Of a stretch of 64,000 bases of DNA, positions 23,988 to 38,160 are shown one piece after another (within the stretch, counting starts at the first letter, position 1; every line of letters starts with the position of its first letter). Source of the DNA: Haliotis cracherodii (Eukaryota); NCBI RefSeq assembly GCF_022045235.1, contig NW_027266266.1, positions 14,570,001 to 14,634,000 on the forward strand, in the 5' to 3' direction. The notes beneath the pieces are model-generated. The model saw only the letters and a list, made by a program, of their open reading frames with translations. It did no database searches and was not told where the DNA came from. The translations under genes were made by a program, and so were the position numbers.

Positions 23988-26002
23988 TCAGCACCAATAC
24001 TGAACCTTATTAGTGTGGTATTTTTGGAAACAATTCTCCTTTAATGAACAGCAAAGTGGAACGTCACACTTGGAGCACTTCATAGACGTCTTTGACTCCT
24101 TGCATTTGTAAAAGGCGACTAACGGGATCGGGTGGTCAGGCTCGCTGACTTGGTTGATGCATCGATGCTCATGATATTAATCAATGGATTGTCTGGTCCA
24201 GACTCGATTATTCACAAACCGCCGTCATATAGCTGGAATATTGCTGAGTGCGGCGTCTTTGTACGGCATGCCTGGATGGGTTGTCTGAAACACTTGATGT
24301 TTTTCAGCAGAAACGCGACACGCACAGTCACTACACTACGTACTGCTGTAACAGGCCAGTGGTTGTTGCAGTCCAGACGCTGTTCCTCGTAGTCACCATG
24401 TCGCTGTGAAGTGTTCCTGTTGGTGATGTTGCAGATGGGCCAGGTCAAGTCTGAAGGACAAGAGATGTCTCTTGCGGCTTCCCTGGGGGTTATGGTCGAT
24501 GATTGTACCTTCAAGAAGAAATGCATTATCAATGGCAATCTCTCTTTGCTTGATCTCAACACGCGTGTACCACTTCATAGATTTTTTACTTTTGTTCACA
24601 CGCATGTTCTGATCAAGCTTATCTACACCCCCATGTACTTCCCATACTCTACAACCGCTGGTGTTACTGCAAGTGCCTCCCGAGTTCCATCCTTCTTCCT
24701 CCGGGGGAGGGAATGCTGTAGATAGACCAGCCTGTTGGCCTTCCACATAGTAACGACGAAGTCTCCACAGACAACCCAGTCGTTGGATCCACGGTGGAGG
24801 CGAGTAGCATCTCTTCCTGTTGGTAGCTGTGCCGTCGGGTAGCCTTTCCTGTTGATCCTGTACGTCCCCTTCCACAAAAGATAATCAGCAAGTGTAGGAC
24901 TTGTATAGAAATTATCTGTAAAAATGATGTGACCTTGGCCAAGAATTTCCTTTCAAAGCCCAAGCTGTCGATCGACTACTGTTCCAATACTTCCCTGCAT
25001 AAACTTCAAAGTTGGAACAGTAGCCGGTGTCAGGACCCACAACAAACTTTACCTGCTGTACTGTTTAACACTAAGCCTGCCATTGAAGGGAATCATTGCC
25101 TCGTCCAGTGACACTTGCTGTTGGAGACTGTAGTGTTCCTGAAAAGAAGACCTGAGATGATCAAGCATGTTGCGTACCTTGTGCAGTTTGTCATTAGCAT
25201 TAGCATATCAATACTGAATTGCAGGTACCTTTTTACCTGAATGAATCTATCTCTGGACATAATGTCAAGGACTGGAAATTTCAACAAAGGATTCTTAATG
25301 CCAGAATGCCAATACATTTGATCCCTGTCAAGTTTGACGATATCCACGTACACCAAAATGCCATATAAAGCCTTGATTTCAACAAGAGATACGTCATACC
25401 ACTCACCTTTGTTGTTGTTGGGATCGTTCGTTCTCTTGAAGGCTGCATTGTCATTCGCTGCCCTGATAATCTTTTCAAACAAAGAATCATTGTAATACGA
25501 CTATCTTCACTCACCGTGTCAATATTCTTGGGCCGAGTCTCCTCATGTCTCCACCTTTGTAGTCCCTCTACCTTTCCCATTCTTGAAAGTTCAATGGGGA
25601 GTACACCTCGTCAAAATCATCAAAATCTTCGTCGTCGTCCAAATCCCCCAAAAGATCGCGAAATTCCCTTTCCCCTTCGCGTAAATTAATCATATCAAAA
25701 ATATTATCATTCCCAAAAGGTCGTCATCAGACATCTGATCGCTATCCGAATCGTAGTTGGCCGCCATTACGCAAGGAATTTATCGATTCAAACAAGAAAA
25801 TTTACCTGTCGCGAAAACACGTTACCTACATGTACTCTCGATGTTCTCGAAATAGAATGAATAGACGTATTATCACGTCCAGATCTCGTTTCTATTTTTA
25901 GAACGAGATTACACACGAGAAAGGAAGTAGAAGGCGCCCGATTTAGCGGTCAGTCGTGTGAGGGACTTGGACAGTAGCTGCCTGAATTGTGGGGCCAAAG
26001 GG
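23988..26002 (-). mobile_element. piggyBac (PGBD4-like) pseudo-element (copy B)
   Basis: GGG|TTAA end at 26002, ATG 25767, DEAMIPF, FTDNFY, GVDKLDQ, cysteine-rich tail. Multiple indels. Confidence 0.88.
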
Positions 26003-26650
26003 TTAACCTCTTTCGACAAGCAAAGTTGCCTTTAACGGCAATCATGGGCTGCTGAAGACCTAGTCTACCGTAAAAGGCGATTATGCTTGTCGTAACTAAC
26101 CCCTTTACTAACGGAATCGGGTGGTCAGGCTCGCTGACTTGGTAAAATGCATGTCATCGATCCCAATTGCGCGGAGACCCGTGAAGATCCGGGCTAGAAT
26201 AGGTCTTCAGCAACCCATGCTTGTCGTAAAAGGCGACTAACGGGATCGGGTGGTCAGGCTCGCTGACTTGGTTGATGCATGTCATCGATCCCATTTGAGT
26301 GGATCGATAATCATGATATAAATCACTGGATTGTCTGGTCAACACTCGATTATTTAACAGACCGCCGTCATATAGCTTGATTTTGCCGAGTCCGGCGTTA
26401 AACAACAAACAAACAAACCAAACCAATTGCGTGGATCGGTGCTTATGATATCAATGACCTGATTGTCTGGTCCAGATTCGACTATTTACAGTCCGCCGTC
26501 ATATAGCTGGAATATTGCTGAACGCGGCGTTAAACAAAAACATTAATCTAGTGATGTGGCATTTCCAAAATCTCCGCCTCTACAGTGCTGACTGACAACT
26601 TCAGTATTTGAGCCCGGTAATATAGTCAATTTAATTTGGTTGCCACAAAG

Positions 26651-26898
26651 TTGGTTGGTTTGTTGTTTAACGCCGCACTCAGCAATATTCCAGCTATATG
26701 GCGGTTGTCTGTAAAAGATCGAATCTGGACCAGACAATCCAGTGATTAATATCACGAGCATATTTCCACGCTATTGGGATCGATGACATGCATCAACCAA
26801 GTCAGCGAGCCTGACCACCCGATCCGGTTAGTCGCCTTTTACGACAAGCATGGGTTGCTGAAGTTTGCATGGGTTTCTACCCCCGATCTTCACGGGTC
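26651..26898 (-). mobile_element. SINE-B, near full-length reference copy (non-tRNA head, (AAC/AACC)n tail)
   Basis: 13-bp TSD GGTTGCCACAAAG fixes the 5' end at GACCCGTGAAGATC. About 30 copies or fragments, e.g. 2335-2450, 10199-10413, 11184-11341, 22405-22657, 23604-23776, 29814-30022, 36687-36950, 39853-40150, 49737-49952, 55608-55741, 59070-59233. Confidence 0.85.
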
Positions 26899-27369
26899 GG
26901 TTGCCACAAAGACTTTTTCGTTTTGGGCCACTTCTCAAATATTTTTGAATGTGTTGAATTTGACAAAATGAAATGTACGGTAAGCATTTCTAAAATGTTA
27001 CTAGGTACTGTTTGATCTCAGATATATTTGCCTAAATATTTTCTAAAGCAAGATATAAAATAAGTCAAAAGAAAATGAATATTGACCATCGATACAGATA
27101 CATTATACAGATTGGGAAATCGCATTGACTTTGTTTACAAGTACACATGACAGTGAGTGAGTTTAATATCATGTTTATGAAATGTTGCAGTCATTAAATA
27201 GAAATTAATGTTGACTGTATTAATTGTGTTTGTTTATTTTTCAACCTACAGTATATTTAGTCCTGACAATAATTATTGTGAAAAATGAATAACTGTATAA
27301 AAGTCTGAGTCTAAGAAGACTCTCCTTGTTTCTACTGCAATTGAGAAAAAAACATTTTTTAATTTCTAT

Positions 27370-28563
27370 ACCTTGCAAGCCTTGTGCGGGGAAAGACAGA
27401 TTTCCCCATGTAATACATGAAACCTCCGTTTCAACTGCCCCATGCTCCTCTCAACACAGCTGGTTTTCTTATGTCTGTTTCTTTGTTGTTTGTCCACAAT
27501 GTTCCAACAATAAGACGGCTGTCTGTTGTAAATAATCGAGTCTGGACCGGACAATCCAGTGATTAATATCAGAGCCTTGATCCACGCACTTGGATTCGAT
27601 AACATGCATTAACCAAGTCAGCGAACGGTCAACTTACAGGAAGCCGGTTCCCCTCAAACATCAGACATAAACCCACTTGTGGTCAAAATGCGGGACTCTT
27701 GTGTTGCGCCAGGCCAACGTGCAACAATGTCGATGATGCGATCGTCGCTGTCAGACACTGTGTATTTACACTATTATGGTTAATGTGCCTGTGACTAATT
27801 CATTCTCATTAACTGATTGGGCCTGAATCAGATTGCCGTCAATTACCCCAACAATACCGTGGAGGTTGGCTGTCTGATAGAAAGGATGTTGATGGCGTCT
27901 TATTTCTTGGGGTTGCACAGAAAAGGTGACAAATCTACAAAGGATACGGTGACTTGTGAGGCTGTCAAGCGTTTGGAAGATAACCCTTGAGATAGTGGGT
28001 TTGGCTCAGCCAATGGTCAACACCATTACACATTTGATAAATGCCAATAGCAAGATAACCCAAAGTGAGAAGCACCTTGGAGTAACGCAGGACACGGCAC
28101 AACTCCTGCTCAAGTAGGTTGGTTGGTTTGTTGTTTAACGCCGTATTCAGCAATATTCCAGCTATATGACGGCGGTCTGACGAGTCTGGACCAGACAATC
28201 CAGTGATTGTCTGCTCAAGTATATCACAAATGTTAACAACACTGTTCCTGTCAAATCTGTAGCGCTGTATCAGATCATTATCATCTAATGAATGTAGTAC
28301 ATCTCTTAAAGCTTCTTTCATTAAATAGTCTTGGATTACGTCTGGCGGCCATTTTGTTTCACGTGATAAGAAGATATGATTTAAGCCTAGCAAGGTGAGT
28401 CTTAAAAGTTCAGTAAAAAAATAAAACAAAACTTAAGTCTAAGTCTATTGATAAATATGACCTTAGTTAATCTACTTAACTTAAGTCAATAAAACAACAA
28501 AACCAAGTTTATTAACTGACGTAAGTTTTATTTATGACTTAAGTTGTTTGATAAATACGACCC
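27370..28563 (-). mobile_element. PIF/Harbinger family 2 remnant (one terminus + transposase pseudogene)
   Basis: Terminus ...GATAAATACGACCC|CTG with ACTTAAGT subterminal motifs. ATG 28352, IQRYRFDR, GIVGVIDG, IVARWPG. Confidence 0.82.
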
Positions 28564-29682
28564 CTGACCACTCGATGCTCTTACGACGGCACAGGTAATC
28601 CCAGGTGTTACTGACTTTGTTTTCTATACTGATGTCACATATTACTTATCTTATGTAAAATCGTTAACACGGGTAAAAACACAAATATAAGATATTTTTG
28701 GTTCTTTTTATCTGGATATGAAACAAAAATTAAGTAATTAAATAATTAAATAGTAATTTTTCACATAACCTGAACATTGAAACACAGCTACTACAAGAAA
28801 GATCACAGATTGAGCTGAAAAGACGGAAAGATTGTAAGTCCTACAAATAAACAAGTTGTGATAACATATTTACGATACATTGCTATTTACAATTGCATAA
28901 TAAATTAAATTAGTACTTAATAATTCAATTAATAAATAATTATTAAAGTTACTAAAATTTAAACTTGGATGAAAAAACCCAAGAAAACAAACATGAATAT
29001 GGAAATACATTTTATTCAAATTGTGCAAAATACAAGGACATACGACAAACCGACGGCCAACTACAATTTGGATTGCGATCGGAAAAACAAATAAAATAGT
29101 TGTAGTCAAGAGTGGCCTCCCTTTTCAAATTGTAATCTGCAAGATATAAGCTTGAAAAACCCACATATATATGTCAAAAGTTACTTTTTAAGTTATTCAT
29201 AACTAGAATAATTTAATGTTTGTGTTTGAAGGATAATTATTGTTAACTACTACTGAGAAGAAATAAGTTACCAATACTTTTATTGCTAAAATTTACTTGT
29301 CAAAAATTTACATCTTTATAAAAAACGGCTTACATGTGCTGAAAAGAAGTTCTATTAGACCAAAAAATTACATTTCATTTACCTATGATGCATGGAATTA
29401 GGTAATTACAGTACAATATATTACATTGAGATGCAGACAGATGTGTGATTACGGAGTATATTCATGGAACTACAACCTGAAAGGAAAACTTATCACAGTA
29501 TAACAAACTCTAAAATGTAAACAAGCAAAACGTGGAAAATAGATTTGTGTATATAAAAGAGGTAATAAATATATTTACAAATATAAGAAGTGGAAATAAA
29601 TATTTTTACAATAATAAAAAGTGGTAATAAATATAGTTACATTAATAACAAATGTTTGTGGCAAAGGACTTCGTTGAAATAT

Positions 29683-30392
29683 TCAGCACCAATACTGGAC
29701 CTTAGTGTGGTACTCTTGGAAACAATTCTTCTTAGATGAACAGCAAAGTGGAACGTCACACTTGGAGCACTTCATAGACGTCTTTGACCTCTTGCATGGG
29801 TTGTCTTTGTACAAACCATGCTTGTCGTAAAAGGCGACTAACGGGATCGGGTGGTCAGGCTCGCTGACTTGGTTGATGCATGTCATCGATCCCAATTGCG
29901 TGGATCGATGCTCATGATGTCAATCACTGGATTGTCTGGTCCAGACTCGTTTATTTACAGACCGCCGTCATATAGCTATAATATTGCTAATTGCGGCGTT
30001 AAACAACATACCAAACAACCAAATCTCTGGTCTTTATACGGCACTCCGGTATGGGTTGTCTGAAACACTTGATGTTTTTCAGCACGAACGCGACACGCAC
30101 AGTCACTACTTACTGCTGCAACAGGCCAGTGGTTGTTGCAGTCCAGACGCTGTTCCTCGTGGTCACTGTGAAGTGTTCCTGATGGTGATGTTGCCGATGA
30201 GCTGATGGGCCAGGTCAAGTCTGAAGGACAGGAGATGTCTCTTGCGGCTTCCCTGGGGGTTGTGGTCGATGATCGTACCTTCAAGAAGAAATGCATTATA
30301 AATGGCAATCTCTCTTTGCTGTATCTCAACACGCGTGTACCACTTCATAGATTTTTTACTTTTGTTCACACCCATGTTCTGATCAAGCTTGT

Positions 30393-30440
<48 letters not shown>

Positions 30441-31926
30441 CATGTACTTCCCGTACTCTGCCAGCGCCGCTCTTAATGCAAGTTCCATCCTTCTTCCTCC
30501 TCTTTGTCGTCAGTCCTTCCTCCAGGGGAAATCCAGTAGATGGAAAGTTGACCGGCCTGTTGGCCTTCCACATCATAGCAACGAAGTCTCCCCGGGCAAA
30601 CCAGTCGATGGATCCACGGTGGAGGCGAGTAGCATCTCTTCCTGTTGGTAGCTGTGCCGTCGGGTAGCCTTTCCTGTTGATCCGAACAGTGCCGCACAGG
30701 TACATCCCCTTCGAAATAAGATAATCAGCAAGTGTAGAAGTTATCTGTAAAGATGATGTGACCTTTGCAAAGAATTTCCTTACAAAGGCTAACAACAACC
30801 TGTCCTGAAAGCCGAAGCTGTCGATTGACTACTGTTCCATTCTTCCCTGCATCAACTTCAAAGTTGGAACAGTAGCCGGTGACAGAATCGGCCAGGACCC
30901 ACCACACCTTCACACCAAACGTTACCGGCTGTACTGTTTAATACTAAGCCTGCCTCGTCCACTGACACTTGCTGATGGAGACTGTAGTGTTCCTGAAAAG
31001 AAGACTTGAGATGATCAAGACTGTAGCGTACCTTTTGCAGTTGTCATTAGCATTAGGATTATCAGTACTGAAATACAGGTACCTTTTTACCTGAGTGAAT
31101 CTATCTCTGGACATAATGTCAGGGACTGGAAATTTCAACAAAGGATATTTAATGCCAGAATGTCAATACATTTCATCTCTGTTAAGTTTGACGATATCCA
31201 TGTACAGCAAAATGTCATAAAAAGCCTTGATTTCAACAAGAGATAGGTCATACCACTCACCTTTGTTGTTGTTGGGATCGTTCGTTCTCTTGTAGGCTGC
31301 ATTGTCATTCGTTGCCCTGATAATCTTTTCAAACACAGAATCATTGTAATACGACTATCTTCACTCACCGTGTCAATATTCTTGGGCCGAGTCTCCTCTG
31401 CAAAAAAACCCATGTCTCCACCTTTGTAGTCCCTCTGCCACTCCCATTCTTGAAAGTTCAGAGGGGAGTACACCTCGTCAAAACCATCAAAATCATAGTC
31501 GTCGGAATCCCCCAAAAGATCGCGAAATTCCCTCTCCCCTTCGCGTAAATTAATCATATCAAAAACATTATCATTCCCGAAAAGGTCGTTATCAGACATC
31601 TGATCGCTATCCGAATAGCAGTTGGCCGCCATTACGCAAGGAATTTATCGATTCAAACAAGAAAATGTACCTGTCGCGAAAACACGTTATACCTACTCTC
31701 GAAGTTCGCGCGGAAAATAAAATGGAATGACGTATCATCACGTCTAGATCTCGTTTCTATTTTTAGAACGATATTACACACGGGAAAGGAAGTAGAATGC
31801 CGCCCGATTTAGCGGTCAGTCGTGTGAGGGACTTTGACAGTAGCTGCATGCCTGATTTATCGGGCAGCAGTGGACTGGGCTGTGATGTATGCTGCCCGAT
31901 AAAACGGGCAAGTCGGGGCCAAAGGG
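29683..31926 (-). mobile_element. piggyBac pseudo-element (copy C, intact subterminal palindrome)
   Basis: GGG|TTAA at 31926-30. TTATCGGGCAGCA...TGCTGCCCGATAA subterminal repeat. GHIIFTDNFYT, GTVRINRKG, CSKCDVPLC...CFQEYH. Confidence 0.88.
30394..30437. repeat. (CA)n microsatellite inside piggyBac copy C
   Basis: About 22 CA units. Further microsatellites at ~33219-33248 (CA), ~22254-22275 (TA) and ~23853-23878 (TA), plus a G-run at 52759-52790. Confidence 0.95.
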
Positions 31927-32221
31927 TTAACCTCTTACGACAAGCAAAGTCTCCTTTTACGGCAATCATGGGTTGCTGAAGACCTAGTCTACCCCTGATC
32001 CTCACGGATCACAGTAGGATGTGGTTGGTTTGTCGTTTAACGCCGCACTCAGCAATATTCTAGCTATATGACGGCGGTCTGTAAATAATCGAGCCCGGAC
32101 CAGACAATCCAGTGATTGATATCATGAGCATCGATCCACGCAATTGGGATCGATGACATGCATCAACCAAGTCAGCGAGCCTGACCACCCGAACCCATTA
32201 GTTGCATATTACGACAAGTAT

Positions 32222-33219
32222 AGGGCCTGTAAGTCTCGCGAAGCGCTACTTCCGGTACCAGCATTTCCGGTGACATGCCAATATTCATGAACTAGTTCTG
32301 CTTTCGAAATGCGCGACCGCCAAAGCTAACTCTGTAGACGGGACCAAGTATACTACCATACTTGGTTGTCACCGCTGTTGACAGTCGTAAAAGTTTACTT
32401 ATTTCGGTATAATATGATCGGTTATTTGTCATTCCTGCAAGGTGTATTGGTTCCTGATTGACAACTGACAACCATAGGACCGTTCGTAAAGGTATGTGTT
32501 CTTTTCTTTACCTTTAAAATAATTTTAACAACCAGTGCGGTACTATCGTTCAGACGCGTATTTATAGTCTCAGTGGACAGTGTTTTATGATTACGGAGGA
32601 TGTGTTACATGTTTCTCTGATGTTAGATTATTTATGAAGATGTAACTACTAATAGGTAGGCCACATTACCCAACTTACCATGGTATTCTGGTATCTGACA
32701 GCATGAGCAGTGTCAAGGAAGCCGTGCCTTTGACAGTTTGAATAGGCATTAAATTATTAGGCAAGATTTGGAGGATGAAATTTGGAATATTTATGCTATG
32801 AACATATTTTTAAACGTGAAATATATTTAAGGATATTCTATTAATTTATTTTTTTAGTATTTATAGTATTTAATAAACCAGTCATATGTTTGAAACTTAA
32901 ATTTAAAAAATGCATTATATTTGGTCATATATATATATATTTGCTCTGTCACTCACCTTTAATAAAGTAAATAATTTTCCATTATGGCATTTGTTAGCTT
33001 TGATGAGAAACTTATTTTTAAAATATGTTTTGTATGAAGGAAGGTTTATGCAATGTATAAAGCATATGCATAAATTGTTGTGTAATTATCAAAATGAGTT
33101 TGTATATTTAATGTGAATAGTTATAATAACATGCAGAGTTATTATTATTTGCACTTTGGTAGGCTTGAACTAAAGTTTTACTCTCATCTAAATGTAAAGG
33201 ATGACAAAAATTAAGGAAG

Positions 33220-33251
<32 letters not shown>

Positions 33252-36200
33252 TCAAAAATGGTTTATTGAAATAATTAAAAGTTTAATAACCTATTTTGGA
33301 TGAATGATTTTCATAGCCCTGCCAATATATATATTAATCCCAAAAATAATTACGCTAATTAAATAAATGTCCTCTCAACATGCACCAAAAAAGAATATAT
33401 GTGAAACTTCTATTATAAACATAAACAAAATTATAGTGTCACAAATCACTCAATAGTTAATCAAATAACCATGAAACCAAATCAATACATTATATCGATG
33501 ACTATAATTTAGTATTTGAAATAAATATATCAAACCCTAACCTGTAAAACACACATATCCCTTGATTTCGAATTCCATTCGAATATACAATATTATGGGC
33601 ATAATGAAATTGTGTCAGTCAAAATTTTTTTTTTTATTTTACTTGCGAAATTCAGTTGAAGACCTCTTAGTCTTAGGTGGTTTCAGGTTTGTGCAACAAG
33701 TAACTGCTGTTAGTATTCCATATGAATATTCACAGTGATATACCTATTTTTCAAATTGTGTAAACATTATTTGTTAGTCCGGTGATGAATAGAACTGGTG
33801 TTAGACAATGGTAATTTTACACTGTGTATGTACTTGATGTCTAGCTCTATGTTGTTGCAGAACATGAATGTTTTTTTTCTTGGTTATGCAGGAGTGAATT
33901 TCTGCTGTACAGCAACCAAAAGTCGAAGCAGCATCCAGCACACAGCAAATTCAAGTCAGAAGTGGCCAAAATGCAAGACAAATACACTGAATTGTGTAGG
34001 CGATCACCAATGACATGTCCTACATTAAGAAAGATTCTTACTATTATATGAAGTGTAATGTTATTCTGAGGGAAGAAATAAAAGTGTTACACCTTGTCAG
34101 CAATATAATTGTTATGACACTGCAGACTGTGATTGATAGCAGGATTAATTGTGATGAACGGTAGGGTTTTTTAAATTAATATTTCTGGTTGTGAGGCTCA
34201 ATTGAACCAAGTAAAGAAAATTGCCACAAGTCCAAAACATTAATACATTTACCTTATCACTCAATCAACACTGATGAACACAAATTTAGTGCAACCATAT
34301 TGACTTGATGCAGAGATAGAAACAATTGCACCTATTTTTCATATATTTGTGTATTTCAAATATTCTGCTCAAAATCCAAGTCAAACAAATGAGGTAACTG
34401 ACATTTCACATTTTTCGCTATCCATTTGGACCAATCTGTTTTAAGATCTGGTCAAGAAATGTCAATGTTTATTGGCTATTGTTCTATGAATCAGTGTAAT
34501 TTGCATGCTGGACCCTAAAACAGCGATGCAAAAACAAGACATGTTGATATTTCAACAAAGAATTCATTTCACAAAGCAACAACTGCCATGCCATTGGTTA
34601 AGTTAAATTTTCATTGGTAAGCATCTGTTGTATTTTTTTGGAAACTCTTGACCCATAAACATTCCATGTGCATTGTTATGATATTATATTCAATATCAAA
34701 TCAGTATCATGGCTGATACCAGAAATATTAAAAAGACTTTTTTTGTATGGCATTATCCCAGACAAAAAACAATAAATAAGCTTCAGATCTATTCAGTAAT
34801 TTTATTCCAAGGTCACAAGTATTAAACATTCATGGCAAATATTCCCAAATGCCAAACCTGAACAAATAAATGTGCCAGCATGCACTGTTACTGGTGTCAG
34901 TATCTAGATTCACACTGGACTGGAGAGTCCCAAGATGTTCTGCAACACCATGTTGATGACAAGTAGGTCCTGTTCCAGCAAGTGTCCAGTGTATATGGTG
35001 TATTCTGATGTTCACAGACATCATTTACAGAACCAGTACTTCAGATAGAACTTTAATATGTTTACATCTGTATACACAACAAGAGTTGTTCTTTCATAGG
35101 CAATGCAGTGCTTAACCACAAAATATTCCCAAAAATATGTTATTGTCCGAGATGCTCTTGAGGTGCAGTTATGTTTGGCATCAAGGTAATTCTGGTGATC
35201 CATATGCATCTACTCGTGGGTCAGATGAGGAAATCTTTCTCCCCTCAAACATGGAAATATGGCCCAACTGCAAAAGATAAATAACACTAATGAGATCATA
35301 TAATATATACTTCTAAAATACCAGTCATTTCTTACAATGCCCACATCAAGATATACTTAATAAATTAAGCATGTACATTGTACCTTCAACTGAATATGAT
35401 AAACAAATGCTAAATGGGGTTGTAATGATCAAGTCTATTCACATCATACAGAATACATTTAAGTGAGGTCACTTTTCAGAGATCTTAAAAACAAACACTG
35501 CAAGGATTTAATCATCATTATTTACAAATTAGATTAATATTTTTTTTTGTGTGAATAAAACCTGATTTTTTAGTGCACATAACATTATCATCGTGATATT
35601 GGCACATATCCTTATTTATTTACACAGGCCTCCCCATAAGTCTCCTTGCACAACATTAAGTATTGACAAAATTTGCATTGCCAACATGCACATGATAGGC
35701 CTTCTTTAAATATGACTATAGTTTGTGTCATCTCCCCTGGACCTACAAATATAATTTTGTGACGTTCCTTATCAGAGCTGAACATTTATTATTGGAAAAG
35801 GTTAAGGATAGATGTAATGAAAATTTGCCATAACATTGTATGGTGCATAAACCGAGAGCATATTGAAATACCTTCAGAACGAATGTTTATGCTCATTTTA
35901 CAACGCCAACACCATTGTACGTGTGATGATGAACCATGAACCGACCAGTATTGCCTTATCAACACTGACAATTATACCAACTTATCAGAAGTGTGCAAAA
36001 AACTTACCTCAATATTTATGAATGGGTAGCGGCCAGTTTCACATCGACCATAGGACGTCTTGACAACACTGCAACTGCTTTGACAAGCCAACACTTGCTA
36101 TTCATGTTCCCCATCTCCAGTGTTTTAATGCCTGTGACAATGTCATGTTTTTCTAAGTTACACCTGCGTGTTCCAAATATGATTCGCCGGGCCCTGTCCG

Positions 36201-36301
36201 ACGTAACACTGCTGTCGCCATTGCCGCGAGACGTTGTTTGTCACCGGAAGTACTAAATAACGTTATGTCTCGCGTAGTCCCGTGACCTACTTACACCCCC
36301 T
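32222..36301. mobile_element. Non-autonomous TIR element with AT TSD (ISL2EU-like), 4,080 bp
   Basis: Termini AGGGCCTGTAAGT / ACTTACACCCCCT (11/13 inverted match). AT at 32220-21 and 36302-03. The empty site restores SINE-B gacaagtATagtcgcc. No transposase recognised. Confidence 0.8.
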
Positions 36302-36948
36302 ATAGTCGCCTTTTTACGGATGACATTTCATAATGAACATTTTGAGGGACAGATGTTACAGTTTTTGTTCGTTGTTCATATCTCTTATAACAACAGTAAT
36401 TACATGTATATTGTACTCTTGATTTTCCACCATTGATATAGCTACCAAGAAAGCTAATTTTTTTTATACCTATTCATGAATTAATGTGGCCTCAATCTAT
36501 CAATAAATATTTTTTAATGTCTTTTTTTCCGGCATAATATAGTGTATGAATAGGTTTAATTTTACTGCCATGATCAATGAGTCATAATATCTCATTTTGA
36601 GGAAAAAGGGGAATTACTTGAAATCTTGCCAATTCCATCTTTTTGATGAAGAGCCTATTACATTGTAATACTTCATGGCTAAATGGACCCGTGAAGATTG
36701 GGGGATGGAATAGGTCTTCAGCAACCCATGCTTGCCGTAAAAGGCGACTATGCTTGTCGTAAACAGCGACTAACGGGATCGGGTGGTCAGGCTCGCTGAC
36801 TTGGTTGATGCATGTCATCGATCCAAATTGCGTTGATCGATCCGCATGATATCAATCTGGATTGTCTGGTCCAGACTCGATTAATTACAGACCGCCGTCA
36901 TATAGCTGGAATATTGCTGAGTGCGGCGTTAAACAACAAACAAACAAA

Positions 36949-38160
36949 CCTTGCAAGCCTTGTGCGGGGAAAGTCAGATTTCCCCATGTAATACATGAAA
37001 CCTCCGTTTCAACTGCCCAAAGCCCCTCTCAACAGAACTCCTTGTTTTCTTATGTCTTTTTCTTTGTTGTGTAACGCCGCACTCCGCAATGTTCCAACAA
37101 TAAGACGGCGGTCTGTAAATAATCTAGTCTGGACCTGACAATCTAGTGATTAATATCATGAGCCTCGATCCACGCACTTGGATTCGATAACATGCATCAA
37201 CCAAGTCAGCGAACGGTCAACTTACAGGAAGCCGGTTCCCCTCAAACATCCGACATAACCCACTCGTGGTCAAAATGCGGGACTCTTGTGTTGCGCCAGG
37301 CCAACGTGCAACAATGTCGATGATGCGATCGTCGCTGTCAAATGCTGTGTCTTTACACTTTTATGGTAATAATGCCTGTGACTAATTCATTCTCATTAAC
37401 TGATGGGGCCTGAATCTGAATGCCGTCAATTACCCCAACAATACCGTGGAGGTTGGCTGTCTGATAGAAACGACGTTGATGGCGTCTTATTTCTTGGGGT
37501 TGCACAGAAAAGGTGACAAATCTACAAAGGATACGGTGCCTTGTGAGGCTGTCAAGTGTTTGGAAGATAACCCTTGAGATAGTGGGTTGGCTTAGCCAAT
37601 GGTCATCACCATTACACATTTGTGAATTTTGCCAGTAGCAAGATAACCCAAAGTGACAGGCACCTTGGGGTAACGCAGCACCCGCACAACTCTGCTGTGT
37701 TACTGGACACAACTCCTGCTCAAGTAGGTTGGTTGGTTTGTTGTTTAACGCCGCACTCAGCAATATTCCAGCTACCGTACATGACAGCGGTCTGTAAATA
37801 ATCGAGTCTGCTCAAGAATATCACAAATGTGAACAACCCTGTTCCTGTCAAATCTGTAGCGCTGTATCAGATCATAATCATCTAATGAATGTTGTACATC
37901 TCTTAAAGCTTCTTTCATTAAATATTCTTGGATTACGTCTGGCGGCCATTTTGTTTCACGTGATAAAAAATATATGATTTAAGTCTAGCAAGGTGAGTCT
38001 TAAAAGTTCAGTAAAAAAAATAACAAAACTTAAGTCTAAGTCTATTGATAAATATGACCTTAGTTTTTCTACTAAACTTAAGTCAATAAAACAACTAAAC
38101 TAAGTTTATTAACTGACGTAAGTTTTATTTATAACTTAAGTTGTTTGATAAATACGACCC
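36949..38160 (-). mobile_element. PIF/Harbinger family 2 remnant (duplicate)
   Basis: Same terminus and flank as 28563. ATG 37949, SQPTISRV, GIVGVIDG.IQAP. Confidence 0.82.
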
